DNA of 64,000 nt. Origin: Prorocentrum cordatum. Taxonomy: Eukaryota. A program made the position numbers and the translations under genes. Shown piece after piece: positions 43,745 through 55,599 of the stretch. The notes beneath the pieces were generated by a model. That model was not told where the DNA came from. It was given only the letters and a program-made list of their open reading frames with translations, and did no database searches. The first letter of the stretch is position 1; the number at the start of each line of letters is the position of its first letter. The DNA lies in NCBI GenBank assembly GCA_963575745.1, contig CAUYUJ010000225.1, positions 496,001 to 560,000 of the forward strand. The letters run 5' to 3'.

Positions 43745-45192
43745 GCGCCCTCCCGCGGGCGCTTTGAAATGTGTCGCCGGGTTGCGGTTGCGGTGCGCCC
43801 GCGGGCGGGTTGACATGTGTCGCCCAGTTGCGGTTGCGGTTGCGCCCTCCCGCGGGCGGGGTGAAATGTGTCGCCCGCTTGCGGTTGCGGTTGCGCCCGC
43901 GGGCGCTTTGAAATGTGTCGCCCGGTTGCGGTTGCGGTTGCGGTTGCGCCCTCCCGCGGGCGGGTTGAAATGTGTCGCCCGGTCGCGGTTGCGGTTGCGC
44001 CCGCGGGCGCTTTGAACTGTGTCGCCCGGTTGCGGTTGCGGTTGCGCGCTCCCGCGGGCGGGGTGAAATGTGTCGCCCGCTTGCGGTTGCGGTTGCGCCC
44101 GCGGGCGCTTTGAAATGTGTCGCCCGGTTGCGGTTGCGGTTGCGGTTGCGCCCTCCCGCGGGCGGGTTGAAATTTGTCGCCCAGTCGCGGTTGCGGTTGC
44201 GCCCGCGGGCGCTTTGAAATGTGTCGCCCGGTTGCGGTTGCGGTTGCGGTTGCGCGCTCCCGCGGGCGGGGTGAAATGTGTCGCCGGGTTGCGGTTGCGG
44301 TTGCGCGCCCGCGGGCGTTTTGAAATGAATCGCCCGGTTGCGGTTGCGGTTGCGGTTGCGCGCTCCCGCGGGCGCTTTGAAATGTGTCGCCCGGTTGCGG
44401 TTGCGGTTGCGGTTGCGCGCTCCCGCGGGCGGGTTGAAATGTGTCGCCCGGTCGCGGTTGCGGTTGCGTGCCCGCGGGCGGGTTGAAATGTGTCGCCCGG
44501 TTGCGGTTGCGGTTGCGGTTGCGCGCTCCCGCGGGCGCTTTGAAATGTGTCGCCCAGTTGCCAATGCGGTTTCGGTTGCGCGCTCCCGCGGGCGCTTTGA
44601 ACTGTGTCGCCCGGTTGCGGTTGCGGTTGCGCGCTCCCGCGGGCGCTTTGAAACGTGTCAGCCTTGGGTTGCGATGCGGGTTACGCGCCGCTGGGCGCTT
44701 TGAATTGTGTCGCCCTGGTTGCCAAGGCGGTTTTGCGCGCGGGCGCTTTGAAATGTGTCGCCCGGTTGCGGTTGCGGTTGCGGTTGCGCGCTCCCGCGGG
44801 CGTTTTGAAATGTGTCGCCCGGTTGCGGTTGCGGTTGCGCGCCCGCGGGCGCTTTGAAATGTGTCGCCCGGTTGCGGTTGCGGTTGCGGTTGCGCGCTCC
44901 CGCTGGCGCTTTGAAATGTGTCGCCCGGTTGCGGTTGCGATTGCGCACGCCGGGGGCTTTGAAATGTGTCGCCCGGTTGCGGTTGCGGTTGCGGTTGCGC
45001 GCTCCCGCGGGCGCTTTGAAATGTGTCGGGTTGCGGTTGCGGTTGCGCGCTCCCGCGGGCGCTTTGAAATGTGTCGCCCGGTTGCGGTTGCGGTTGCGGT
45101 TGCGCGCTCCCGCGGGCGCTTTGAAATGTGTCGCCCGGTTGGGTAGCGGTTGCCGCCGCCGGGTTGCGCTCCCGCGGGCGGTTTGAAATGTG
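43745..45192 (+). repeat. ~49-57 bp minisatellite: cccgcgggcgctttgaaatgtgtcgcccg(gttgcg)n
   Basis: Roughly 25-30 units with a variable number of internal GTTGCG hexamers. Confidence 0.97.
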
Positions 45193-45386
45193 TCTCCCGA
45201 GCTGTCCCCTGACGTTCAGTCAGTCATCAGTCAGCCGGCGGGCACGGAATTTCACCTGGCTCCGCCGGGAATGAATGTTCCTCACATTTTTGAATGCTTT
45301 TCGTCGTCGCCGCCGTCGCCGTCGCCGTCGAAGCCGTCGTCGTCGAAGCCGTCGTCGTCGAAGCCGTCGTCGTCGTCGTCGTCGTG

Positions 45387-45437
<51 letters not shown>

Positions 45438-45796
45438 CGTCGTCGTCCCCCTTCAGGGTCTGCGGCACCGGCCGTGAGGCCTTCGCAACACGACGTCGGA
45501 GCTCTGGGGAGCAGGAGGGAGGAGGAAGGGGGAACAAGAACAGCGCAAGAGAGAGAGAGAGAGCCAGCGGTCGACGTGGATAGCCTTGTGTTGTTCCCGT
45601 CCTGCTTGAGGACAGCATCCCAGAAACAATTTCGAGCACCCAGAGAAGTGTCAAAAGAGTGTCGAAACAGCGTCCCCCAGGGCCCGGCACGTGAAGACCC
45701 TCGAGCTTCGGTACTTTTTTGGGGGCGCTCGGACTTCTTCCTGGCAGTCAAGGCTGCAGTAGGCTGGAGCATCATAAGGATAGCCGCCCATCGGTC

Positions 45797-45842
45797 CTTT
45801 GCCTCCTTTGCCGCCGCCCTTGTCCATGGCTCTGATGGCGCC
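45797..45842 (-). CDS. DEAH helicase exon: GAIRAMDKGGGKGGK(G)
   Basis: ccgcag|G acceptor and AAG|ga donor; phase 0/1 fits both neighbours. Confidence 0.7.
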
Positions 45843-46282
45843 CTGCGGGCGGACGCTGCACCGATGGCCGCCGGATGGCCCTCGGGGCTGGGCGCCGCGA
45901 GAGCATCGCGGCCCAGCCTGTAGCCATGCGTGCCGTCGCTCGGGCGCGGTTTGCGTATACGTGCTCTCTTTTTGTTCCCGCGGGGGGACTGCCCGAAGCA
46001 CTCGAGCTCCTCGCAGCGCAACGCGGCAACTGGAATGGGTCCTGGTGGAGCGAGCGGACCCTCCTCCTCAACCTCCTCCTCCTCCTCCTCCTCCTCCTCC
46101 TCCTACTCCTCCTAATCCTCCTCCTAATCCTCCTCCTCCTCCTCCTCCTCCTCCTCCTCCTCCTCTTCCTCCTCCCCCTCCTCCCCCTCCTCCCCCTCCT
46201 CCTCCTTCCCTCCTCCCCTCCACCCCTCCTCCTCCTCCTCCTCCCCCTCCTCCTCCTCCTCCTCCTCCTCCTCCTCCTCCTG

Positions 46283-46456
46283 TCCTTCCCGACATCTTGA
46301 GGCAGGTCCGCGCTCGGGCCGCCTGCCTGGACGGGCCACCAAGCGCAGAGCCCCTGCTCTCTGCCGCGGTCCTTCCCGACATCTTGAGGCAGGTCCGCGC
46401 TCGGGCCGCCTGCCTGGACGGGCCACCAAGCGCAGAGCCCCTGCTCTCTGCCGCGG
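46283..46456 (+). repeat. Near-perfect tandem duplication, 87-bp unit
   Basis: tccttcccgacatcttgaggcaggtccgcgctcgggccgcctgcctggacgggccaccaagcgcagagcccctgctctctgccgcgg x2. Confidence 0.95.
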
Positions 46457-46534
46457 GTGGCATCCTGGCGCCCGCCCCGCGTCGGCTCTCCCCACGGCCG
46501 AGGGCCAGGAGTGAGGAGCCCGACGCTGGTTAGA

Positions 46535-46679
46535 CGAGCGCGTTCCACCACTCGCAAAGTAGCTGCTCGCCAATTGCCCGGACCCGCCGCGGGGGGATCT
46601 ACGATACATTACATCGAAGCAGACACGTGTTTCTCGGGCGTTTGCGAGTAGGCACTTTGCGAGTAGTGGAACGCGCTCG
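46535..46679. mobile_element. MITE-like element with ~26-bp TIRs
   Basis: cgagcgcgttccaccactcgcaaagt ... actttgcgagtagtggaacgcgctcg (1 mismatch). Confidence 0.8.
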
Positions 46680-47974
46680 GTGACCGGTGCGGGAGGCACC
46701 TGCCCTGCAGCCCCCCCCGGGGAGAGGTCCGGAGAGCCGTGCGATGCTGAAAGCTGCCAGCTCCCCGACTGGTGGGAAGGGGACTCCGTCGTGCAGGCAC
46801 GCTCCGAACAGAAGCAGGAGGACGGAGGAGGGAGGAGGACAGAGGAGGACGGAGGAGGACAGAGGAGGACGACCTGGAGCGGAGGAGGGGCACAGGCCGG
46901 CGTGGGTTCACAGGGCGGGCCCGAGGTCGGGGAAGCGCCCGGCAGGACACCGGGGCCCAGCCCAGGGGCCAGGGCGGGGCATCGGGGGCGTCCAAGAGGG
47001 GGGCGTCGAAGAGGTGCAAATCATGGCCCGAGGCATGTGCGCGGCCCAAAGGGGGGGCCAGAGGACGAAGTGAAACAAGAAGAGGCGCCATGGAACCTGG
47101 GGAGACATCGTGGCTCCTGCCATGACCTCACCCTCCCTGGTCATCGCCCCCTTCTTGGCCGCCCCCGAGGGGCAAGGGCGGGGACCGATCAGCTAGCTGC
47201 ACGCAAGAGTGACCCTAGGCACGCGTGACCTGTGGTGCGCGGCCTTGGGGGGCCGCAACAGGGGCCAGGCTCGAGCAACCCAAGCGCGCCAGTCAGTGCT
47301 GGCGGGAGGAGGCACGCCTGAGGGGGGAGAGGAGGCACACCGGCGCTGCAGGAGCGGGACAGGTGAGGGGAGTGGGAAAGACGAACGAGGCCGACGCAGG
47401 AGGAGCCTTGGCACCAGCTGACTATGAGGTGAGAAGGTGCATGCCAGCCTTCAGTAATCCCAGCCAGTGGGCCCGCACCAAAGGCCACTCCGGCGAAGGG
47501 TCACTCTTGCGGGCAGCCGAAGCGAAGCCCAGGTGCGGCCGGGCCAGCGCCAGGGGCGGGGCTCGCCTCGGCCTGGCTGGAGGGAGCGCCCCGCGGCGTG
47601 GCGGCGACGCATGTCTCTAAGGCAGGTGCCTCTCTGTACGGGGAGGGGGAAGGGCGGGGGGAGGAGGGGGGGAGGCGGGCGGGAGGGGGGGGGGGAGGCG
47701 GGCGGGAGGTAGGGGAGGGGGAAGGGGGGGAAGGGGCGAAGAGGGGGGGGCCGGGGAGGAGGAGGCGGGGTGGACAGACGCGGACGGGAGAGGGCAGGGG
47801 TTCGAGGGGGCCCTGGGTGATGGTGACTGCGTCGGTCCGCTCCATGCTTACGCCTGCTGCAGCGGCCTGGCTGGTGGTGCTGCTTGCGGGAGGCTGCACG
47901 ACACAGCACGTGGCACGGCGCCCGGGAGCTGCGCCCCCGCCGAACTGCCCCGCGGGGCAGGGAGGCGACGGCAC

Positions 47975-48023
47975 GGCGACGACAACGGCGACTATGACAA
48001 CGGCGACTATGACAACGACGACT

Positions 48024-48084
<61 letters not shown>

Positions 48085-48088
48085 CTTC

Positions 48089-48146
<58 letters not shown>

Positions 48147-49243
48147 ACCACGACCACGACCACGACGACGAAGCGGAGGAGAGGGCCAACCCTCGTCCCT
48201 CGTCCCTCGTCCACGTCCCTCGTCCCTCCTCCTCCTCCTCCACCTCCACCTCCTCCTCCTCCTCCTCCTCCTACTCCATCTGCTGCTCCTCCTGCTCTTC
48301 ATCCTCAACGTCCCTGTCCCTCATCCTCCCTGCCCCTCCTCTTCCTCCTCCTCCTCCTCCTCCTCCTCCTCCTCCTCCTCCACCTCGTCCTCCTCGTCCT
48401 CTCTCCTCCTCCTCCTCCTCCTCCTCCTCCTCCTCCCTCTCGCATCCCTCCGCATCCTTCATCTCCTCCTCCCTCCTCCCTCCCACCTCCGCCTCCCCTC
48501 CTCCTCATCCTCCTCCTCCTGCCTCCCTCACACCTCCTCCTCCTCCTCCTCCTCCTCCTCCTCGTCCTCCTCCTCCTCCTCGTCCTCCTATTCATCGTCC
48601 TTCCTCCTTCTCTTGCTACTCTCCTCCTCCTCCTACTCATGCTCAGCATCACCATCATCAGCATCAGCATCAGCAGAATCATCACCATCAGCAGCCGCAT
48701 CATCAGCATCATCACCGCCACCATCATCAGCATCATCAGCATCATCAGCATCAGCATCATCATCACCAGCAGCAGCATCATCAACATCATCATCGTCAGC
48801 ATCATCGTCGTCGTCATCATCAGCATCATCATCAACATCAGTATCATCATCATCACCACCAGCATCACCATCATCGTCGTCATCATCATCATCTGCATCA
48901 ACATCACAATACTAATAAGCATCATCATCAACATCTTCATTGTCATCATCACCATCCGCATCAGCATCATCATCATCATCATCATCATACTGATCAACCT
49001 CAACATCAGCATCGTCATCATCAGCATCATTATCATCATCATCATCATCGGCATAATCGGCATCATCATCAACATGTTCATCAGCATCGTCATCATCATC
49101 AGCATTAACCGCAGCATAAACATCATCGTCATCAGCATCGTCATCGGCATCGTCATCGTCATCAGCATCAGCAGCATCATCATCATCACCATCGTCATCA
49201 GCATCAACATAAGCATCATCAGCATCGTCATCATCACCACCAC

Positions 49244-49275
<32 letters not shown>

Positions 49276-49350
49276 CCATCACCATCACCATCACCATCAC
49301 CATCATCAGCAGCAGCAGCAACATGATGATCTCCTTCATCACCACCACCA
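47975..49350. repeat. Compound microsatellite (GAC)n-(CTC)n-(CAT/CAG)n
   Basis: Direct inspection. Confidence 0.95.
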
Positions 49351-50660
49351 CCTCTCTCCCGAAACCTTCAACAGAGTTTCGGAACTACTAGCGCGCAGGT
49401 GGCCAAAAACAGCTCGCGTGCGTCTCTTCACGCGCGCGCCCACTGCGTATGGTTCATGTGTGTACCCTGGGCAGCGCGCAGATGCGCACTGGCCGTCCGT
49501 GTCTATGATGAGGATAGAGGATGGCGAATGCAAGAAGAGAAGGAGACTGATAAGGATACGGAAGAAAGACCCAGGACTCACGCTGGTAGACTCGTGACCA
49601 GATCCCGCTTCCCATACCCGCACATGCGCATGCTAACCGTCAGGCTTCGCCTACTCGTGAAGTCCCCTGCCCTGGCTCAGCTGTCGTAATCAGAAATCAG
49701 AAGTGGGGATGACTCCTCGATGTCGGTCGGCCTTAGGTGACCGCTGCCAGGCCCTGGGGCCACGAAACTGCCCCCCACAGAGAGGGGTCCAGGGAGAGCC
49801 CCGGGGCCCACGGATCTTAAGAATCGCGAGGCGACTCGCCGCCACTGGTTGCGCCGTGGGTTGCGCACCTGGCAGCCCTGGATCTCGCCCGTGGGAGGGC
49901 GAGGGCAAGTCGAAGCGGCGTGAGGACAAAGGGGGTTCTTGGGGCCATACTGGTGCTCTCTTGCGGTCATGACGGAGCGACACGGGTGGAGGGCCCGGGG
50001 GGCAACAAACGAACGAGCGACGAGGAACGTACAACGCTCCGGGCTCCAGAACACAACTGCGCAGGGGATGCTCCGAGCTCCAGAACACAACTGTGCAAGG
50101 GATGACGAAACGGCCGCCTAACGGGTGCGACCAGTCCAGTCCAATTACGGTCGGAAGCTTTTGCTTAGCGTGTCGCCGTGGCGGCCCCGGCGACACGCTG
50201 TGCCCTGCAATAGGATAGCGTGTCGCTCTGCTCCGCGGGGCGGGAGGCTGGGATAGGCTCCGGACGTTGGAGCCTTGGGACTGGAAACAGGATAACGTGT
50301 CTCCAAAACGTGGTGGGCCAGAACCGGCGGAGCGACACGCTAACCAAAAGTTCCCGACCGTAACGCACCTCGCGAACGGAAACGATCGGGCTGCACCCCT
50401 GCTGCGAGTTGAGAACAGTTTCGGCACTCCACTCTGAGCTTTCTCTTGAACGGTAGTCCATGTCCGGATATACAAAAACGTGACCAAACAAAGCTCTGAG
50501 AGAACGCCCAGGGTCAGGGTCCAGCCCACACTCTTGATGCTCTTGCGCGAGATCTGGAGTCCATAGGAGTTAGCGTTCGGCCTTCAGATTTCTGCTGGGT
50601 TTACGCCCGAAGGGCCCCCGATGACCACGACGACGACGACGACGACGCCGACGACGACGC

Positions 50661-50749
<89 letters not shown>

Positions 50750-50840
50750 TCACTCAACGACGGCGACGACGACGACGACGACGCCGCGGGAAGCGGGGCC
50801 CCCGGAGGGCAGCGGGCAGGGCCTCCAGTGCTCGCCGGGC

Positions 50841-50933
50841 CTGCCCGCCCTCGATCCTGTAGTTGGCGTCCAGGTCGTCCAGGTAGACCTGCTCCACGGG
50901 GAAGGTGCGCACGCCAACGAACAGGGGCTTCAC
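50841..50933 (-). CDS. DEAH helicase exon: VKPLFVGVRTFPVEQVYLDDLDANYRIEGGQ
   Basis: The R-T-F-P-V..YL-D linker is typical of DEAH/RHA helicases; ggag|G acceptor and CAG|gc donor. Confidence 0.9.
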
Positions 50934-50956
50934 CTCCAGAAAAAAAACGCCACGAG

Positions 50957-51107
50957 CATAAGCTTTCGGCGCTCCGCGCGGACTTCTTGGATCTGCGCCG
51001 GACCCCCCTCCCTGGCGCGCTCCGCGCGCCAGGGGCGGCGCTGGATGCGCCGCTGGTGGGGCCCAGCGCGGATCCAAGAAATCCGCGCGGAGCGCCAAAA
51101 GTTTATG
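50957..51107. mobile_element. 151-bp MITE-like element with ~37-bp TIRs filling most of a 200-bp helicase intron
   Basis: cataagctttcggcgctccgcgcggacttcttggatc ... gatccaagaaatccgcgcggagcgccaaaagtttatg. Confidence 0.85.
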
Positions 51108-51133
51108 TGAATGTCGTTTTTTCTTCTTCGAGC

Positions 51134-51328
51134 CTCGGGTATCGGCCCGTCGAACTTCTTGCCCATGTAGGTGAGCTCGACCTTTTTGAAGTACTCGGCA
51201 AAGAGGTGCGCCTGGAGGGTTGCGCTCATGACGATGAGCTTGACGTGCGGATAGCACTGCATCAGCAGCTTCAGCAACATCGTGAGGAGGTCAGCATCGA
51301 CGCTCCGCTCGTGTACCTCGTCTAGAAT
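51134..51328 (-). CDS. DEAH/RHA-family RNA helicase exon with motifs II and III (5' boundary approximate)
   Basis: ILDEVHERSVDADLLTMLLKLLMQCYPHVKLIVMSATLQAHLFAEYFKKVELTYMGKKFDGPIPE: DEVHER and MSAT; GAG|gc donor. Confidence 0.95.
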
Positions 51329-51357
51329 CCGCCACTGCGCTTGCAGCCGTTGGATTA

Positions 51358-51711
51358 CGCGTGTGTGTGCTAAGTGTGGTGTGTTGTGTGCTGTGTGCCT
51401 GTGTATGTGTGCGTGTGTGTGTGCGTGTGTGCTGAGTGTGGTGTATATGTGGGCTGTGTGTGTGTTTGTGTGTGCGTGTGAGTCCGAGTGTGTGCGTGTG
51501 TGCGTGTGTGCGTGTGTGTGTGCGTGTGCGTGTGCGTGTGCGTGTGCGTGTGCGTGTGCGTGTGCGTGTGCGTGTGCGTGTGCGTGTGCGTGTGTGTGTG
51601 TTGTGTGTGCGTGTGCGTGTGCGTGTGCGTGTGCGTGTGCGTGTGCGTGTGCGTGTGCGTGTGCGTGTGCGTGTGTGCGTGTGTGCGTGTGTGTGCGTGT
51701 GTGTGTGTGTG

Positions 51712-51766
<55 letters not shown>

Positions 51767-51785
51767 GTGCGTGTGTGCGTGTGCC
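51358..51785. repeat. (GT)n/(GTGTGC)n microsatellite
   Basis: Direct inspection. Confidence 0.97.
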
Positions 51786-52487
51786 GCTGGGCTTCTCCGC
51801 GGGGTAAAATGGTGTGTCTGTGTATCTCGCTCACTTCCCGGCGGACTTGGTCGACGGGTTTCAGGCCATACTGGAAGATCAGGAGAGGAACCCCGGCCGG
51901 GAGCTTGGCGGATGCCTCATGGGCTTCGGGCGGGGAAACGGCCTTCGGCCCTTGACAGAGTGACAACGGGCCAACGCCACAGGATACGCAGGAGTCCTCG
52001 TGCGCGTGGGGCTGCGGGGTCGGGCCCTGCACGGCGCCGTCGGGGGTCACTTCAAACCCCAGATGCCTCCAGTGCCGCCTTGCCCCGCTCGTGCACCTGT
52101 GGCACCAGAGTAGGCCTATCCCCTCCCCCTCTTTTCCGAACCCCGATTCCCTCGATCTCACCGCGGAAACGATCCGAGCGTACGCCGCAACCGAAGCGCG
52201 TGGGGCCCCACTGGCACAGCACGCGATTCCCCAAGATGTCTGCCATGCCCTCCACGCCGCAGGCTTGCCCACCTCCAGAGCACCGCGCCCCTGATTCGGG
52301 GAGACGTGAGACTCGGGTATCGGGGACTCGGGTTGGCCTGACGGGGCCATTGTGAAAATGACGAAACCCAGTCTGCGAGCTCCCGCACGAAACCGGACCG
52401 TCAAAATCAGGGCGCCCTCGTCAAAGCACGTCGGCAACGTCGAGTTCCGGCTTATTCGAGTCTCACGCTACTCCGGGTGACCCAAAA

Positions 52488-52711
52488 GGGGGTCCAGCTG
52501 AAGGGGGGTGGTACAATAGATTTGGGGCAATTGTATTGCAAATGTATTGCGCCGGAGAATTGAAAAGCATTGTATTGCAAGTAGTGTGTTGCACGCGAAA
52601 ATCCAACAATACATTTGCGCCCCGGAACGTATTGCACGCCCCACATGTATTGCAACCCCACAAATCTATTGCACGAGCTCTATTGCACCACCCCCTCATC
52701 GCTGGACCCCC
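52488..52711. mobile_element. MITE-like element with imperfect TIRs and internal tattgca repeats
   Basis: ggggtccagctgaaggggggtggtacaataga ... tctattgcaccaccccctcatcgctggacccc. Confidence 0.65.
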
Positions 52712-52896
52712 TGATGGGTCAACCCGAGTTTCCCCGATCCAGGAGCGCGTTTCTTTATGTTCGGCGATGACGGGCGTCATGGGGGGGGGGGGGGCGAGAA
52801 GGGGGGTATGACGTAGCGCACCCCCCGCCGTGTGGCTCCGGCACCGCAGCCGCGCCCGCGCGCGCGACGCGACGAGCGACGAGCGACGAGCGACGA

Positions 52897-52952
<56 letters not shown>

Positions 52953-53329
52953 CACGACCACGACCACGACCACGATCACGACGACGGCGCGGTTCTCTGA
53001 GAGAACCGCGCCCCTGACGGAGCGAGGGGGGGGGGGACCCGCCGCTTCCAACGATCTGCGGCTCCCCCCCCCTCTCCCCGAGGCCTTCGTGCCTCGGCGC
53101 CGCTCCCCTGCGTGGAGAGCCCTCTCAAGCCGCCTGCGGAGGAGGAGGAGGAGGAGGAGGAGGAGGAGGAGGAGGAGGGGAGGAGGAGGGGGAGGGAGGC
53201 AAGCTAGGTGCGCTCGCGTCATATCTGACGTCCTACCCCTCCCTCCCATCCCTTACCATGGCGCTGATTTTCTCTATCCGCGGACGCGTGTCGTAGCGGA
53301 CCTGTGGCTCCGCGCGCGCGTGCGTAGTG

Positions 53330-53405
53330 GGTGGTGGTGCGCGTGCGTGTGTGCGTGCGTGCGTGCGTGTGCGCGTGGTTGCGGTGGTGGTGGTGGTGGT
53401 GGTGG

Positions 53406-53436
<31 letters not shown>

Positions 53437-53915
53437 GCTGGTGCTGGTGGTGGTGGTGGTGGTGGTGGTGGTGGTGGTGGTGGTGGTGGTGATGGTGGTG
53501 GTGGTGGTGGTGGTGGTGGTGGTGGTGTGTGTGTGTGTGTTGTGTGTGTGGTGGTGGTGTGGTGGTGGTGGTGGTGGTGGTGGTGGTGGTGGTGGTGGTG
53601 GCTGGTGGTGGTGGTGGTGGTGGTGGTGGTGGTGGTGGTGGTGGTGGTGGTGGTGGTGGTGGTGGTGGAGGTGGTGGTGTGTGTGTGTGTGTGTGCGTGT
53701 GTGTGCGCGTGTGCGCGTGTGCTGTGGCATGGCACGGGAAATGACGCCAGCGCTGCAGCGGGAGCACGAGTCGAAACGGGCGGAAGCGCGGAAATGAGGC
53801 CAGCGCTGCAGCGGGAGCACGATTCGGAACGAGCGGAAGCACGGAAATGAGGCCAGCGCTGCAGCGGGAGCACGATTCGGAACGAGCGGGGCCCGAAAAT
53901 GAGGCCGGCGCCTCA
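53330..53915. repeat. (GGT)n/(GT)n microsatellite followed by three ~53-bp tandem units
   Basis: ggaaatga.gccagcgctgcagcgggagcacga repeated. Confidence 0.9.
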
Positions 53916-55599
53916 GCGAGAGCAGCATTTTGAAAAAAAACACAAGCGAAAACCCGTTTCCCGGGAATCCTGTGTGTAAAAAAACAATACGCGGGGGGGT
54001 GTCGGATATCTTCGGGACGCCATCAGGGAAGTGGGAGAGTATTTTCATATTGTGTAATTGTAGAGAGGAGGGAGGAGGAGGAGGAGGAGGAGGAGGAGGA
54101 GGAGGAGGAGGAGGAGGAGGAGGAGGAGGAGAAGGAGGAGGAGAGGAGGAGGAGGAGCAGGAGGAGGAGGAGGAGGAGCAGGAGGAGGAGGAGGAGGAGG
54201 AGGAATGCGGCCGGTGCCGCCTCGCTCGGCGGCGGAAAGTCACGGCACCACGCGAGCGACGATCAAAAGCGGGTCTCACGCGAGATGGCATAGCGACCTT
54301 ACGCGGTGGCTTACGCGGGCCGCCGGCGCGGCACGCTGCATTGGAGACGAGGGCGCTTACGCGCGACCTTACGCGAGCAGCTTACGCGCCAGTGTCGGTG
54401 GATTGCGTCGCTCACGTGGGCCGGCCTCCTTGGCGATCGTCGCTGGTCCGGTCTCTGCAGCGCTATGGGCGCCCCGCCGCACGGCTCCACTGCCTCCGTT
54501 CGCCCCAGGGAGCGTCCGCTGGCTGACCGATGTCCATGCTCGGAAGGACCGAGCGAATCTCGCTCTCCTGGTGCAACTCGCAGCCCGCGGCCGGGCTGCT
54601 ACTCTGCAGGAGACGCGCAGGGAGACACTCACAAAGTCAGCACGTGGGCCTCCCTCCTACCCAGCCGCCGGCTCTTCGCCACCCGCGCCCACCTCGCGGA
54701 CAGGCAGGGGCTCTCCGGGGGCGTCGCTGTGGTGCTGCCAGCGGCCTCCGAGGATCCGCAACCGGCGGTGCTCGTCCCAGGTTATGCGCTGCTCGTTTGC
54801 TGTCGGTCGCAAGGTCAGCCTCTGAAATTGATCAGCGTCTCCGGGCGGCGAGCCGACGTCCTCGGGGCCATCGTAGCTGCGACCCTTCCCCCGCACGCGG
54901 GTGGAGGGGGCGGTCTCAACATGCAGTTGGCCCGCACCCTGGCTGGGGGAAGAGGAGGACACAGCCGGCTGGCTCCAACACGTTCAGCAGCACGGCGCCC
55001 GACCCATCCCGGTCGACGGACCCACCCAGTCTGGCGACCAGGGGGAGTCCCAGATCGACTCTGCCGGCGTCTCTGCCACCTCCCCCCCGAGGTCATCCAG
55101 ATCTCCGGCAACGCTCCGACAACCTCGAGCACGCCTTTGCTGCTCCGCAGGGCGACCTCTCTCCCGCAGGCGGCCCCTGACGACACACGACCGGGTCGGC
55201 CTTCCCTCTGCCCCTGCGACCTGGGCGGCGCCCTGGAAGCGTCGTTCCAGAGGCAGCGGCCCCGCGGCCACGCTCAGCCGCGCGAACTCCGCTGCTGCTC
55301 CCGCCACCCCGGTCGGGCAGCTACGCTACGGGCGTGGCTGACCACCTACCAGACCACCCCAACCCAACCCGAAGACCCGAATTTCGGGTTGGGGGGGTAT
55401 GGGCTCCATATGTGTTTTTTCGATGTTCCCGGACCCCCCCCCACTAGAAATCGAGGGTAAATCTGACCCTTCGGGTTGGGTTGGGGTGGTTTGGTGGGTG
55501 GTGAGTGGCTCGCGGGGAGGGGCTGGACTGGAGACCCCCTCGCGCCCCCCTTCTGCCCCCCGGTGGTTCGCCCGCTGGCGGCACGAGGCCGCAGGCGCT

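Noticed and set aside
43745..45192. CRISPR-like arrays (also 62485-63170 and 42333-42735)
   Set aside because: Units are contiguous degenerate tandem repeats without unique spacers; no cas genes; eukaryotic context.
47598..49391. 597-aa mucin/membrane-like ORF and the many poly-E/L/S/H/VC ORFs
   Set aside because: Translations of trinucleotide and dinucleotide microsatellites.
49390..50620. Unique-looking ~1.2 kb segment as an LTR or ncRNA
   Set aside because: No second copy, TG...CA/PBS signature or recognisable RNA motif could be established by eye.
53257..53301. Possible upstream helicase exon VRYDTRPRIEKISAM (cag|...|gtaag)
   Set aside because: Resembles the QVRY/FE motif, but no linking exon to ILDEVHER could be found; unsupported.
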